A stretch of DNA of 64,000 bases. It comes from an uncultured delta proteobacterium. Its GTDB lineage: Bacteria > Myxococcota > Myxococcia > Myxococcales > Myxococcaceae. The position numbers and the translations under genes were made by a program. The stretch spans positions 128,001 through 192,000 of the forward strand of contig CAWCKH010000003.1 in NCBI GenBank assembly GCA_963796055.1, given 5' to 3'. Shown one piece after another: positions 31,263 to 41,607 of this stretch; positions within the stretch are counted from its first letter, which is position 1, and each line of letters opens with the position of its first letter. The notes beneath the pieces were generated by a model. It made no database searches, was not told the origin of the DNA, and worked only from the letters and a program-made list of their open reading frames with translations.

Positions 31263-32219
31263 TCAGACCGCCTCGCTGCTCGCCTGTCCGGCAGGCGGAG
31301 GCTCGAACCGGGCGATCAGCGGGACGTGGTCAGACAGTCCATGGAACGGACCCCGCCCGAAGGGCTCGGTCCCCGCGAGGTCCACCCACCGGATGCCGTT
31401 CCCACCGAAGAGGTGGTCGAGGTGCATCCGGAGTCGGAAGAAGCCGGCGGTGGGGAACCCGCTGTGCGAACGGTCGATCTGCTTCAGCGCCTCCTGCGCC
31501 CCGACCCATCCCACCTCTTCCGACAGGTACCGGTAGACCGGGGAGGCCGGGGAGGAGTTGAAGTCCCCGCCCACCACGAACGGCTCGCCGGCGGCGTGGG
31601 CCTGGACGAAGGTGGCCAGCTTCTTCGCCTCGATGAGCTGGTTGAGCCCGAAGCCCATCTTCTCCCGCTCGCTCCAGAACTCCCGGGTGAAGGGGGTGGG
31701 CAGGCTGAGGTGGGTGTTGAACACGTGGAACGGGCGCCCCGAGGGCGTGGTCAGCCGCACGTGGGCGCAGATCCGGCTCTGCTTGGTGTCCCTCAGCCGG
31801 GCCACGTGGTGGTGGGTGATGGCGTGCGGGCTGAGCACGTTGTGGCCCTCCACTCGCAGCCGGTCGCGGTTCACCACCACCGCCAGGCCCGTGGTGTAGA
31901 GCGTGGTCGAGCGGAACTGGTAGGTGTGGGCGCGGAAGTGGAACGCGTCGTAGGGGAACACCAGCGCCGCCCGGGCGAAGGTGCCCTCGAATGCGGCCAT
32001 GAACGCCTCGAGCTGGGTGGCGGTGCCCCGGAAGGCGAGCGTGCTCCGCAGCGAGCGGGTCTCCACCTCCTGGAGGCAGATGAGGTCCGCCAGCGGCGTC
32101 AGGCTCGCCAGCCGCTGGGCGATGCGCTCCAGAGACGTGCGGGTGGTGGCCAGTCCCCGGAGCGCGTGCCCGAAGTACCGGACGTTGTAGCTGACGATGC
32201 GAAGCGGCCGCTCGGACAT
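31263..32219 (-). CDS. Endonuclease/exonuclease/phosphatase family protein
   Basis: SYNV, CLQEV, NTHL, GGDFNS, LDHLF, LSDHVP. Confidence 0.9.
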   Translation of the reverse strand: MSERPLRIVSYNVRYFGHALRGLATTRTSLERIAQRLASLTPLADLICLQEVETRSLRSTLAFRGTATQLEAFMAAFEGTFARAALVFPYDAFHFRAHTYQFRSTTLYTTGLAVVVNRDRLRVEGHNVLSPHAITHHHVARLRDTKQSRICAHVRLTTPSGRPFHVFNTHLSLPTPFTREFWSEREKMGFGLNQLIEAKKLATFVQAHAAGEPFVVGGDFNSSPASPVYRYLSEEVGWVGAQEALKQIDRSHSGFPTAGFFRLRMHLDHLFGGNGIRWVDLAGTEPFGRGPFHGLSDHVPLIARFEPPPAGQASSEAV

Positions 32220-32270
32220 GGCGGGGGTGCGGACCCCAGAATACGCCCGGCGGCGGTAACGTGCGTCGCC

Positions 32271-33854
32271 ATGGGAATGAAGGATGCAGTCGAGCGGCTC
32301 GCCGCGCTGAAGGCCGGGAAGGCCGATATGGGCGGCACCCAGCGGGTCGAGCGGCAGCACGGCCGGGGGAAGCTGGACGCGCGGCAGCGGCTGGCCCTGC
32401 TCTTCGACCCGGGCTCGGTGCAGGAGCTGGGGATGCTGGCCGCGGCCGAGGGTCGTCTCCCCTCCGAGGAGGACCCGACGCGGCCCACCGCGGCGGACGG
32501 GGTCCTCACCGCCTTCGGGACGGTGGAGGGCCGGCCGGTGGCGGCTGCGGTCTACGACTTCACCGTCCTGGGCGGAAGCATCGGCGAGGTGGGGGAGCGG
32601 AAGGTCACCCGGCTCCGCGATCTGGCGTTGAAGGACAGGACGCCCATCGTCTGGCTGGTGGACTCCGGCGGGGCGCGCCTCGAGGCCGGGGGCGAGGTGG
32701 ATCCCCGGCGGCTCGCTGGCTTCGCCGACACCGGGTACCTCTTCCGCGAGCAGTCGGTGCTCAGCGGGGTGGTCCCCCAGGTCTCGGCGATGCTCGGGCC
32801 CGGCGCCGCGGGCACGGCCTACATCCCCGGTCTGGCGGACTACGTACCGATGGTGAAGGAGATCGGCAGCATGGCGGTGGGTGGGCCGGCGCTGGTGAAG
32901 AGCACCGTGGGCGAGGACGTGACCGAGCAGCAGCTCGGCGGGAGCAAGCTGCACAACGAGGTCTCCGGCGTGGCGGACGGGGAGTTCGCCGACGACGCGG
33001 CCTGCATCGCCGCGGTCCGGGAGTACCTCTCGTACTTTCCCTCGCACTGCGGGGAGAGGCCGCCCCGCCGCACCGGGGGCGACCCCGTGGACCGGCGCGA
33101 CGAGTCGCTGCTGAGCATCGTCCCGGACAACCCGCGGCAGGCGTTCGACATGCAGAAGGTGATCCTGGCGATCGCCGATGATCGAAAGTTCTTCCCCTTG
33201 AAGCCCAGGTTCGCCCGGAACGTCATCACCGGGCTGTGCCGCATCGACGGCTGGAGCGTGGGGGTGGTGGCGAGCAACTCGATGTTCCTGGGTGGGGTGC
33301 TGGACGTGGCGGCGTCGGACAAGGCGGCCCGCTTCGTCGCGCTCTGCGACGCGTTCCGGATTCCCCTGCTCTTCCTGCAGGACGTGCCCGGGTTCCTGGT
33401 GGGGACCAAGGCGGAGCAGACCGGCCTCATCCGTCACGGCGCGCGGATGCTCCAGCTGGTCTCGAATGCCACGGTTCCCAAGCTCACCGTCGTCGTCCGC
33501 AAGGGCTTCGGCGCGGGCTACTACGTGATGAACGGACGGGCGTACGAGCCGGACCTGCTCGTCGCCTGGCCCGACGCGGAGATCGGCATCATGGGCGCCG
33601 AGGGGCTGGTGTCGATCGGCGCGAAGAAGATGCTCGAGCAGGCCGAGAGTCCCGAGGCGGCGAAGGCGATGAAGGACACGCTCGCCGCGGAGCTGCGCCC
33701 GCATGTGCACATCGACCGGGCGGCCGCGCTGGGGATGGTGGACGACGTCATCGACCCGCGCGACACCCGGAGGACCCTGGCGATGGCCCTGGCACGGACG
33801 GCGAACAAGCACGTCGAGCGCCCCTGGAGGCGGCGGGAGGTGCCGCCGTTCTGA
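32271..33854 (+). CDS. Acyl-CoA carboxylase carboxyltransferase (beta) subunit
   Basis: QHGRGKLDARQRL, DFTVLGGS, DSGGARL, GGSKLH..VSG, DVPGFLVG, IDPRDTR. Confidence 0.92.
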   Translation: MGMKDAVERLAALKAGKADMGGTQRVERQHGRGKLDARQRLALLFDPGSVQELGMLAAAEGRLPSEEDPTRPTAADGVLTAFGTVEGRPVAAAVYDFTVLGGSIGEVGERKVTRLRDLALKDRTPIVWLVDSGGARLEAGGEVDPRRLAGFADTGYLFREQSVLSGVVPQVSAMLGPGAAGTAYIPGLADYVPMVKEIGSMAVGGPALVKSTVGEDVTEQQLGGSKLHNEVSGVADGEFADDAACIAAVREYLSYFPSHCGERPPRRTGGDPVDRRDESLLSIVPDNPRQAFDMQKVILAIADDRKFFPLKPRFARNVITGLCRIDGWSVGVVASNSMFLGGVLDVAASDKAARFVALCDAFRIPLLFLQDVPGFLVGTKAEQTGLIRHGARMLQLVSNATVPKLTVVVRKGFGAGYYVMNGRAYEPDLLVAWPDAEIGIMGAEGLVSIGAKKMLEQAESPEAAKAMKDTLAAELRPHVHIDRAAALGMVDDVIDPRDTRRTLAMALARTANKHVERPWRRREVPPF

Positions 33855-33867
33855 GCCTCAGGGGCGG

Positions 33868-34341
33868 TCAGTCGAGCGCATCGTCCGCCGTGGCGTCCTC
33901 GACCTCGGTCAGGAAGTACTCGCCGAAGCTGTCGGCGAGCTTCACCGGGTCCTCGAAGTCGGCCGAGAGCTGCACCACCGGTGCCTCTGCTGCTGCGTCC
34001 AGGTGGGCCGTGTCGAGGCAGTCGAACGAGCCGTCTCCGAGCGCGCCGATGATCACGTACCGCGGGGCGAGGCCACCGCTGCGGCGCGCCTCGAGCGTCA
34101 TCCAGATCGCATCGGGAACCGCCGAGTGGGTGAAGTCCTCGTCGACCACGCCGTACACCTCGAAGCCGGCGATGCTTCCGCAGCCCAGGTCGAGCAGGAA
34201 CTGCCGGTAGCTGGGGGGGAAGACGAGTCCGAGCGCGGCTTCCGCCCTGGCGACGAGCGGCTCCGGCTTCGGACCCTCGAAGTCACCGCCGCCGGCCTCG
34301 GCGATCAGCTCCCGGGCCCTTCGGTACTTCTCCAGGCTCAT
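33868..34341 (-). CDS. SMI1/KNR4 (SUKH) family protein
   Basis: AEAALGLVFPPSYRQFL..LG, GDGSFDCLDT, LADSFGEYF. Confidence 0.85.
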   Translation of the reverse strand: MSLEKYRRARELIAEAGGGDFEGPKPEPLVARAEAALGLVFPPSYRQFLLDLGCGSIAGFEVYGVVDEDFTHSAVPDAIWMTLEARRSGGLAPRYVIIGALGDGSFDCLDTAHLDAAAEAPVVQLSADFEDPVKLADSFGEYFLTEVEDATADDALD

Positions 34342-34623
34342 TCGCGACAGCGTAGCCGCCGGAGAACGCTCCCGTCCGCTTCCGGGATACCAGGTTTCGC
34401 AGATGGCGAGCGCGAGGCACCACCTCTGCCCACCAGGAACCGGGTATTTGCTGGCACGTACCTTGAAGAGTGACCCCTCCGTGTTCGGACTCTCGCCTCT
34501 CCGCTCCGCCGTCCGCCCGCTGCCCGCCCGGCCGGGCTTCTCGGTGCGATGCTCCTGCCTGGCGCTCCTCGTCCCTGCGCGCCGCGCGTAGTCCCTGGCA
34601 CCCCCGTCGTGCCCGTACCGCGC

Positions 34624-36090
34624 TCAGTGGTGCGCACGCGCTGCGAGGATCAGTTCCATCCGGCGCTCGTAGAGCTTGCGCTCGAGCCCCACCGGGTAGC
34701 GGTGTGGGTTCAGGAACCGCTTGACTCCCTCGTGGAACAGGTCGAGCTGGGCACGCACCCGGGCGCGAATGGCATCGAGCGAGACGGGCGCCACGGCGCG
34801 CCGCCCTCCCCTCGCTGCCGGGACCAGGAGCTCGCTCGAGCCAAGGGCCTCCGGCAGGGTGCGACGCCGGGTGGGGTCCATGGGATCGACGATGGTGCGG
34901 CTCGGCACGCCGAGCTCCTGGTCCCAGATCATGTCCGCGACTGCGCCCTGGCTGTCGACGAACCGGCGGATCTGGAGCCGGCCCGGGGTGGAGATCTTCG
35001 CCGCCTGCTCGGAGAGCTTGATGCGGGGCTTCCAGGGACCTCCGGGCTCGCGAACCATGGAGAGCTTGAAGATGCCGCCCAGCGCCCGGTCGTCGCGGGC
35101 GGTGACCAGCCGGGTGCCGACGCCCCAGACACCGATGGCCGCTCCCTGCTGCTTCAGACTCTGGATGAGGTGCTCGTCGAGCTCGTTACTGGCGTAGACG
35201 CGAGCCTCCGGGAAGCCCCCCTCGTCGAGCATCCGGCGCGCCTGGGTGCTGAGCCAGGCGAGATCCCCCGAGTCGATGCGCACGCCCAGAAAGGGCTTGC
35301 CGCGGGCCCGGAGCCAATCGGCCACGGCGATGGCGTGGCGCACACCCTCCAGCGTGTCGTAGGTATCCACCAGGAAGACGCAGTTGCCGGGCATGGACCG
35401 GGCGAAGGTCTCGAAGGCCTCCTGCTCGCCGTCGAAGAGCATCACCCAGCTGTGGGCGTGCGTCCCCCCCACCGGAATGCCCAGGAGCCGCCCGGCGAGC
35501 ACGTTGGACGTCGCAGCGCAGCCTCCGATGTACGCCGCCCGGGACGCCGAGATGCCGCCGTCCGGTCCCTGCGCGCGACGGAGCCCGAACTCCAGCACCG
35601 GATCGTCTCCTGCGGCGAGACACACGCGTGCCGCCTTCGTCGCCACCAGGGTCTGGAAGTTGATCAGGTTGAGGAGCGGTGTCTCCAGGAGCATGCAGGG
35701 GACGATCGGGCCGGTGACGGAGACCAGCGGCTCCTGGGGGAAGACCACCGTCCCCTCGGGGACCGCGTCGACGTCGACGTCGAGGTGAACGCCGGAGAGG
35801 TACCGGAGGAACTCGTCACCGAAGAGGGGCACGCCGTCGGCACCGCGCAGGGTCGCCAGGTACTCGATGTCGCCCTGCTCGAACCGGGCGCTCTCCAGCA
35901 GCTCGAGCGCTGGCTCGAGGCCCGCGGCGACGGTGAAGCCACTCCCGAACGGTGCCTCGCGAAAGACGAGGTGAAACAGGGCCTCGCGCCGGGCCACCCC
36001 CGAGTCCCAGGCCGCGGCGGCCATCGTCAGCTGATAGAGGTCCGTCAGGAGCATCAACGACGGCCGGTACAGCTCGGTCAGCAGCGGCAT
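34624..36090 (-). CDS. pncB: Nicotinate phosphoribosyltransferase
   Basis: LTDLYQLTM, EFGLRRAQG, ATSNV, GTHAHS, LVDTYD, VRIDSGD, GVGTRL. Confidence 0.95.
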   Translation of the reverse strand: MPLLTELYRPSLMLLTDLYQLTMAAAAWDSGVARREALFHLVFREAPFGSGFTVAAGLEPALELLESARFEQGDIEYLATLRGADGVPLFGDEFLRYLSGVHLDVDVDAVPEGTVVFPQEPLVSVTGPIVPCMLLETPLLNLINFQTLVATKAARVCLAAGDDPVLEFGLRRAQGPDGGISASRAAYIGGCAATSNVLAGRLLGIPVGGTHAHSWVMLFDGEQEAFETFARSMPGNCVFLVDTYDTLEGVRHAIAVADWLRARGKPFLGVRIDSGDLAWLSTQARRMLDEGGFPEARVYASNELDEHLIQSLKQQGAAIGVWGVGTRLVTARDDRALGGIFKLSMVREPGGPWKPRIKLSEQAAKISTPGRLQIRRFVDSQGAVADMIWDQELGVPSRTIVDPMDPTRRRTLPEALGSSELLVPAARGGRRAVAPVSLDAIRARVRAQLDLFHEGVKRFLNPHRYPVGLERKLYERRMELILAARAHH

Positions 36091-36135
36091 CCCCTGGGTC
36101 CCCAGTTCTCGAGACCAGGGGTATACCGGCCGGGG

Positions 36136-36732
36136 ATGCAGGACGAGGGCACCCAGGAAGCGCTTCGCCAGGCAGTGGACGCCCTGAAGCGGACCGGGCT
36201 GCTGTTCCTCCACGACGCGCGGAGGCCGAGCCTGACCGCCCTGGTGGCCGGAGCGCCCATCCGCGGGTCCTGGTGGGGTCACCCCGCTGGCCGGCGCATC
36301 TTCCAGGTGGCGAATGCGCTGGAGGAGCGCGGCACGGCACTCTTCGTTCCACTGCTCTCGGCGAAGGTGACGCTGGTGCACCCCCGCCTCTGGCCCGCCT
36401 TGCTGAGCGTCGGGGAGGCCCGCGCACCCTGGCAGATGGAGCCGCTTACCCCGCGCGGACGGGAGCTTCTCGACGAGGTCGACCGAGCGGCACACGTCCG
36501 GGCGACCGGTCCGAGCTCGAAGGCGCTCGCGCGCGCATTGCTGGTGCACGCCGAGCAGGTGCACACGGCGGGCGGTTCGCACGCCACCGAGCTCGTGTCG
36601 TGGGCCGAGGTTCGACGCCGCCTGGTGATCGAGGCCCAGCCTGACGCGGCGGAGGGCCGCGCGGCACTCGAGGCAGCCGCGGATCAGCTCGGTGCGATCG
36701 GGGCGCTCCCCTGGAAGCGCCCGGCGAGGTGA
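36136..36732 (+). CDS. Conserved-looking hypothetical protein (possibly winged-helix/AlkZ-related)
   Basis: IRGSWWGHP..., KVTLVHPRLWPAL; divergent from pncB; good codon usage. The family call is tentative. Confidence 0.65.
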   Translation: MQDEGTQEALRQAVDALKRTGLLFLHDARRPSLTALVAGAPIRGSWWGHPAGRRIFQVANALEERGTALFVPLLSAKVTLVHPRLWPALLSVGEARAPWQMEPLTPRGRELLDEVDRAAHVRATGPSSKALARALLVHAEQVHTAGGSHATELVSWAEVRRRLVIEAQPDAAEGRAALEAAADQLGAIGALPWKRPAR

Positions 36733-36867
36733 CGTTCGGCGGAGGACACCACGGTGTCACTCGGCGCGTTGACACGCTCCCTGCCCGCGACCCCTCCGGA
36801 CCGCGAGATCGTCTCGGGATGTGGAATGCAATCGGGCGTCATCGGCCGGTGCTTCGCACTCCGTCGT

Positions 36868-37698
36868 TCACCCGAGCCGCAGCACCTCGCGGGCCTGCTC
36901 CGGGGTGGCGATCTCCCGGCCCTTCGCCCGGGCGCGCTTCGCTGCCTCGGCGACCAGCTCCCAGTTGCCCTTCGCCAGGACGCCCTTGCTCAGGTAGACG
37001 TTGTCCTCGAGCCCGACCCGCCCGTTGCCGCCCTTCGCCGCGCCGAGCTCGGCCATCGGGAGCTGGTGCCGCCCCACCCCGGCGACCGTCCAGGTGCTCC
37101 CCGCAGGCAGCGAGCCGATCATGAAGTCCAGCGCCCGCTCCGAGGCGCCGAGCGATCCAGGGACTCCGAGCACGAAGTCGTAGTGCGCCGGCAGGTCGAC
37201 CAGCCCCTCCTTCGCCAGCCACTCGGCCTGCTCGATCATCCCGGTGTCGAAGCACTCGATCTCCGGGCGAATGCCGAGCGCGCGGATGCGCCGGGCGATC
37301 TCCTTCACCAGGGGGCGGGGGTTGCTGAACACATCGTCACCGAAGTTCACCGTGCCGGTGGTGAGGGTCGCCATGTCCGGCCGGTCGGCACCGGTCAGGG
37401 TGAGCGGTCCGCAGCGCTCGTCGGCGGTCATTCCCACCGCGCCCCCGGTGGAGGTCTGGATCAGTACGTCGCAGCGCGCGCGGATGGCGCGGATGGCGGC
37501 GCGGAAGAGCTCGGCGTCCTGCGAGGGCGAGCCGTCGGGACGTCGAACATGCAGATGGACCATCGCCGCGCCCGCCTCGCGGCAGCGGGCGGCGTCCTCG
37601 GCGATCTCCTCGGCGGTGAGAGGCAGATACGGCGTCTGCTCGCGCGTGGTTTCCGCCCCGACCATCGCCGCGGTGATGACGTACGGGGCAGCGCTCAT
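36868..37698 (-). CDS. kce: 3-keto-5-aminohexanoate cleavage enzyme
   Basis: [35 protein letters not shown] (BKACE family); adjacent to kal and kamE. Confidence 0.9.
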   Translation of the reverse strand: MSAAPYVITAAMVGAETTREQTPYLPLTAEEIAEDAARCREAGAAMVHLHVRRPDGSPSQDAELFRAAIRAIRARCDVLIQTSTGGAVGMTADERCGPLTLTGADRPDMATLTTGTVNFGDDVFSNPRPLVKEIARRIRALGIRPEIECFDTGMIEQAEWLAKEGLVDLPAHYDFVLGVPGSLGASERALDFMIGSLPAGSTWTVAGVGRHQLPMAELGAAKGGNGRVGLEDNVYLSKGVLAKGNWELVAEAAKRARAKGREIATPEQAREVLRLG

Positions 37699-38087
37699 CG
37701 CTTCCCCCGCTGCTTGTCGAGCGGCACCACGCACGTCCCGGTCGCCCGGCAGACGACCATGGGCTGGGGCAGCACCTCGGCCGCCGACGCGGAGACGTCG
37801 GGCAGCGGTCGGATGACCTTCCGCGCCTCGAACCGCATCTTCCGACTCGTCCGACCCACCTCGGTGATCTCTCCTTCAACCTCGATGAAGTCACCGGCGT
37901 ACACCGGGGCGAGGAAGTCGACCGAGTCGTAGGCCCGGAACAGGCCCTCGTCGCCGTCGTGGAGGATGCACAGCTCGGTCGCCACGTCGCCGAAGAGGCC
38001 GAGCATCCGCGCGCCGTCCACCAGGTTTCCCCCGTAGTGGGCGTCGTGACTGGACATCCGCAGCCGGAGCACCGAACGCACGCTCAT
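37695..38087 (-). CDS. kal: 3-aminobutyryl-CoA ammonia-lyase (hotdog fold)
   Basis: [17 protein letters not shown]...[27 protein letters not shown]. Confidence 0.9.
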   Translation of the reverse strand: MSVRSVLRLRMSSHDAHYGGNLVDGARMLGLFGDVATELCILHDGDEGLFRAYDSVDFLAPVYAGDFIEVEGEITEVGRTSRKMRFEARKVIRPLPDVSASAAEVLPQPMVVCRATGTCVVPLDKQRGKR

Positions 38088-38866
38088 TCCGGTTCTCCCT
38101 CGTAGTGCAGGTCCTCGGGCTCCTTGCCCATCTTTTTCAGCAGCGCGTGGACGATGTAGTTCGCCACGTCCGAGGGCCTGGTCCCGGGACCGAACCCTGC
38201 ATCGAACCCCAGCTCCATCGCCAGCTTGTGGTCCACCCGCGGCCCGCCGAGCAGGAGGATGGTCCTTCCCTTCAGCCCGTGCGCCTTGGCCACGTCGATG
38301 AACTGCCGGCTGTTGTCCTTGTGGACGTCGCGCTGGGTCACCACCTGGGAGACGAGGATCGCATCGGCCTTCCTCTCCTCGGCACGCCGGATCAGCTCCT
38401 CGTTCGGCACCTGGCTCCCCAGGTTGTAGGCCTCGAACCACGGGTACCGCTCGAGCCCGTAGTCGCCGGCGAAGCCCTTCATGTTCAGGATCGCGTCGAT
38501 TCCCACGGTGTGGGTGTCGGTCCCGGTGCAGGCGCCCAGCACCACCACCCGACGGGATATGCGGTCCTCGATGAGCTTGTTCAGCTCGTCGAACCCCAGC
38601 TTCTTGAAGACGACCTCCGGGACGTCGATGCTCGCGTAGTCGAGCGAGACGTCGGCGCGGCCGTAGACCACGAAGAAGGTGTAGTTGTCCGCTGCCGGCT
38701 CGGCAGCCGCCACCTTCACGTCGAGCAGCCCCAGCTTGGCGCAGAACTGGCGCGCGGCCTCCTTCGCCTTGTCCGAGAGCGGGACAGGAAGGGTGAACGA
38801 GAGCTGGATGACCCCGTCGTCCCGCCGGTCGCCGTAGGCCCGGATGAGGTTCGATTCGCCGGCCAT
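38084..38866 (-). CDS. kamE: Lysine 5,6-aminomutase beta (B12-binding) subunit
   Basis: [31 protein letters not shown] (cobalamin His and PLP Lys region), GFDAGFGPG. Confidence 0.92.
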   Translation of the reverse strand: MAGESNLIRAYGDRRDDGVIQLSFTLPVPLSDKAKEAARQFCAKLGLLDVKVAAAEPAADNYTFFVVYGRADVSLDYASIDVPEVVFKKLGFDELNKLIEDRISRRVVVLGACTGTDTHTVGIDAILNMKGFAGDYGLERYPWFEAYNLGSQVPNEELIRRAEERKADAILVSQVVTQRDVHKDNSRQFIDVAKAHGLKGRTILLLGGPRVDHKLAMELGFDAGFGPGTRPSDVANYIVHALLKKMGKEPEDLHYEGEPE

Positions 38867-40416
38867 CAGCGCCCCTCCAGGATGTCGAGGAAGGGGTTGA
38901 AGTAGTCCGGCGCCTTCTCCAGCACCCCTTCCAGCCCCTTGCCGCCGGTCTCGGTCCGCTTCACGTCGCCGAACCGGCCCTGGCCGATGGCGGTGACCAG
39001 CCCGTCCTGTCGGCACTCCTCGAGCAGCTCCATCGCCTTGCCGAAGACGAAGCGGGCCCGGTTGGCGATCTTCCCGTCCTCGCGCACCACGAACTCCTCG
39101 TCGATGCCGCGGGCCGCGCGGTAGATGTACCCAGCGGACTTGAGCGCCACGTAGCGGTCGGCGAGGAGCGGAGTGTGCATTGCCTCGGTCATCATCCCCA
39201 GCAGCTGGATGCCCTGCCGCGTCCAGACTGCCACCAGGTCCGCCATCACGTCGTAGGCGTGGCTGAAGAAGATGTCCGTCTCCTTGTGCTTGGTCGGCGG
39301 CATGTACTTCAGCGGCGCGTCCGGGAAGCAACGGCGGATGAGCATCGCCTGGCTCAGCTCGAGCAGCAGTGTCTCCGGGCGATGCGGGTCGATCTCGTAG
39401 CTGTGGCCCATGCCCAGCTGCCAATCTTGGAGCCCGGCCCGCTTGGCGAAGGCCTCGTTGATGAACTGGCTGGCGAGGACGGTGTGCGCCGCGTCGTAGG
39501 CGTCGGCGGTGGTGATGTAGTTGTCCTCGCCGGTGTTGATGATGATCCCGGCCAGGGCACAGATGCGCCGGCTGAAGTACTGGTCGATGAACGTCCGGCG
39601 CATGTTGATGTCGCGGAAGAGGATTCCGTACATCGCGTCGTTGAGGAGCATGTCCAGCCGCTCCCAGGCCGCGGCGAAGGCGATCTCCGCCATGCACAGG
39701 CCCGAGGAGTAGTTGGTGAGCTGGATGTAGCGCTTCAGACGGCGGGACTCGGCATCGAGCGCCTCCCGCATGATCCGGAAGTTCTCCTGGGTGGCGTAGG
39801 TCCCGCCGTAGCCCTCGGTGGTCGCCCCGTGCGGCACGTAGTCCAGGAGCGACTGCGCGGTGCTCCGGATGACGGCGATGATGTCCGCCCCGGCCTGGGC
39901 CGCGGCGCGGGCCTGGTCGACGTCGTCGTGGATGTTCCCGGTGGCGACGATGACGTAGCGGTGCGGCACCGGGGACATGGGGAACTCGCGACGGAGCGCG
40001 TCGCGCTCGTCGATGCGCCGGCGGAGCTCGTCCACTGCCGCCTCCGCCTCGCGGCGGACCTCGGCGCGGAGGTTCCCCTCCTTCTCCGGAGAGAGGGGCG
40101 CCAGCTTGCCCGCCGGCAGCGCGGCGATGCGTTCCACGGCGTCGAGGGGGCTTGCCGCCCCGAGCTGGAGGGCGCGGCCGTACCAGTACGCAGCCCCACG
40201 GTTGAGCACCCCGGCCGCCTTCAGCCGGTCGGTCATCAGATTCGTCAGCGGGATGCCGCCCGGGCCGGCGTCGGACATCCCGAACAGGCGGAGCACCGTA
40301 CGCTCCACCGAGATGGTGGTGTGCCGGCGGATGAGATCGAACACCGGCTCGATGACCTGTGACGCGATGCCGCGGGCCTGGGCGACCTGGGCGTCGTCGA
40401 CGAAGGGTCCTGGCAT
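38866..40416 (-). CDS. kamD: Lysine 5,6-aminomutase alpha subunit
   Basis: [59 protein letters not shown]. Confidence 0.93.
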   Translation of the reverse strand: MPGPFVDDAQVAQARGIASQVIEPVFDLIRRHTTISVERTVLRLFGMSDAGPGGIPLTNLMTDRLKAAGVLNRGAAYWYGRALQLGAASPLDAVERIAALPAGKLAPLSPEKEGNLRAEVRREAEAAVDELRRRIDERDALRREFPMSPVPHRYVIVATGNIHDDVDQARAAAQAGADIIAVIRSTAQSLLDYVPHGATTEGYGGTYATQENFRIMREALDAESRRLKRYIQLTNYSSGLCMAEIAFAAAWERLDMLLNDAMYGILFRDINMRRTFIDQYFSRRICALAGIIINTGEDNYITTADAYDAAHTVLASQFINEAFAKRAGLQDWQLGMGHSYEIDPHRPETLLLELSQAMLIRRCFPDAPLKYMPPTKHKETDIFFSHAYDVMADLVAVWTRQGIQLLGMMTEAMHTPLLADRYVALKSAGYIYRAARGIDEEFVVREDGKIANRARFVFGKAMELLEECRQDGLVTAIGQGRFGDVKRTETGGKGLEGVLEKAPDYFNPFLDILEGR

Positions 40417-40530
40417 GGGGGCACCCGTAACCCAGCAGACCGAGCCGGGGCAAATGTAGTCAAGCGCCGACAGCGGTCGGCGAGGACCCTCGTTTGTTAG
40501 GTCGGCCGGGGGGGCGAGACTGTGGAGGTC

Positions 40531-41022
40531 ATGAGCTTCGAGGAGTGCTTGCGCGAGCACGGCCCGGCGGTCTGGCGGGTGATCGCCAGCTACGCGCCGC
40601 GCGGCCCCGAGCGAGACGACCTCGCCCAGGACGTCCTGGTCGCCCTCTGGCAGGCCCTTCCCCGGTTTCGCGGCGAGAGCTCGGCGAAGACGTTCCTCCT
40701 GCGCATCGCCCACAACCGCTGCCTCTCACACGTCTGGCAGCGCGCGCGGCGACGCCCGGCCTCCGCCGCCAACCTGATCGAGCTTCCGGATCCCCGCCCG
40801 GGAATCGACGAGCAGATCGCGGCACAGGAGCGCATTGAGCGCTTCCTCGGCCATCTCCGCACGCTTCCGCTCGGCCAGCGGCAGGTCCTGACGCTCGCGC
40901 TGGAGGGGCTTTCCCACGCCGAGATCGCCGCCCTGGTCGGAATCACCCCGGAGAACGTCGCGGTACGCCTCGGACGGGCCCGGGACGCTCTGCGCCGCTC
41001 CCTGGAGAAGGAGGCCGCGTGA
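40531..41022 (+). CDS. ECF RNA polymerase sigma factor
   Basis: DDLAQDV...W..L..FRGESS..TFL.RIAHN; region 4 EGLSHAEIAALVG...VAVRL.RAR; GGAGG RBS. Confidence 0.92.
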   Translation: MSFEECLREHGPAVWRVIASYAPRGPERDDLAQDVLVALWQALPRFRGESSAKTFLLRIAHNRCLSHVWQRARRRPASAANLIELPDPRPGIDEQIAAQERIERFLGHLRTLPLGQRQVLTLALEGLSHAEIAALVGITPENVAVRLGRARDALRRSLEKEAA

Positions 41023-41585
41023 CTGGATGGGATTCCTGGCAATCCACCTGGACCGGAGCGTCCGGTCCGCTCCCCGACGTCCGGGCCCGCGCCGCGCGCG
41101 AAGCGTGGCGACATCGGCGAGCTCGCGTCACCGTCTACGTCCTCGTCGCGGTCGCCGCACTGGGGTCGGTGCCCGCGTTCGCCGCCCCGGAGGGGGTGGT
41201 CCACCTCATCGGGTGGGGGATCCTGGCGTTCTCCCTGGCGATGGGGATCGGCTTCGCCGTCATCGAGCGGGGCGTCGGCTCCTGGCGCTTCGCCACCCCG
41301 CGCGAGGCACTCGGGTTCCTGGAGCGCCGTCTCGGCAGCGAGCTCCGCGTGGCTCATCTGGCCCGCTGGGTTTACCTCGCCCTGTGCCTGTTCGGCGGCA
41401 TCGCCACCCAGGTCCTGTACGTGGAGCACGGATCTCCCCTGTCCGTGCGGGTCATGACCCTGGGCTGCTTTCTCTTTGGTGTCGCGCTGACCTTTTCCGC
41501 GCCCTGGTGGTTCGGGTGGATCGCCCGGCGCCGGCAAGCCGAGCTCGACCGGTGGCGGCGCTGGATGGACGAGCAGAGTCTCTGA
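41019..41585 (+). CDS. Four-TM membrane protein, putative anti-sigma factor
   Basis: GTGA overlap with the ECF gene; WQSTW N-terminus and four hydrophobic segments. Confidence 0.75.
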   Translation: MTGWDSWQSTWTGASGPLPDVRARAAREAWRHRRARVTVYVLVAVAALGSVPAFAAPEGVVHLIGWGILAFSLAMGIGFAVIERGVGSWRFATPREALGFLERRLGSELRVAHLARWVYLALCLFGGIATQVLYVEHGSPLSVRVMTLGCFLFGVALTFSAPWWFGWIARRRQAELDRWRRWMDEQSL

Positions 41586-41607
41586 GCATCGGCCATCGCT
41601 GCCGGAG

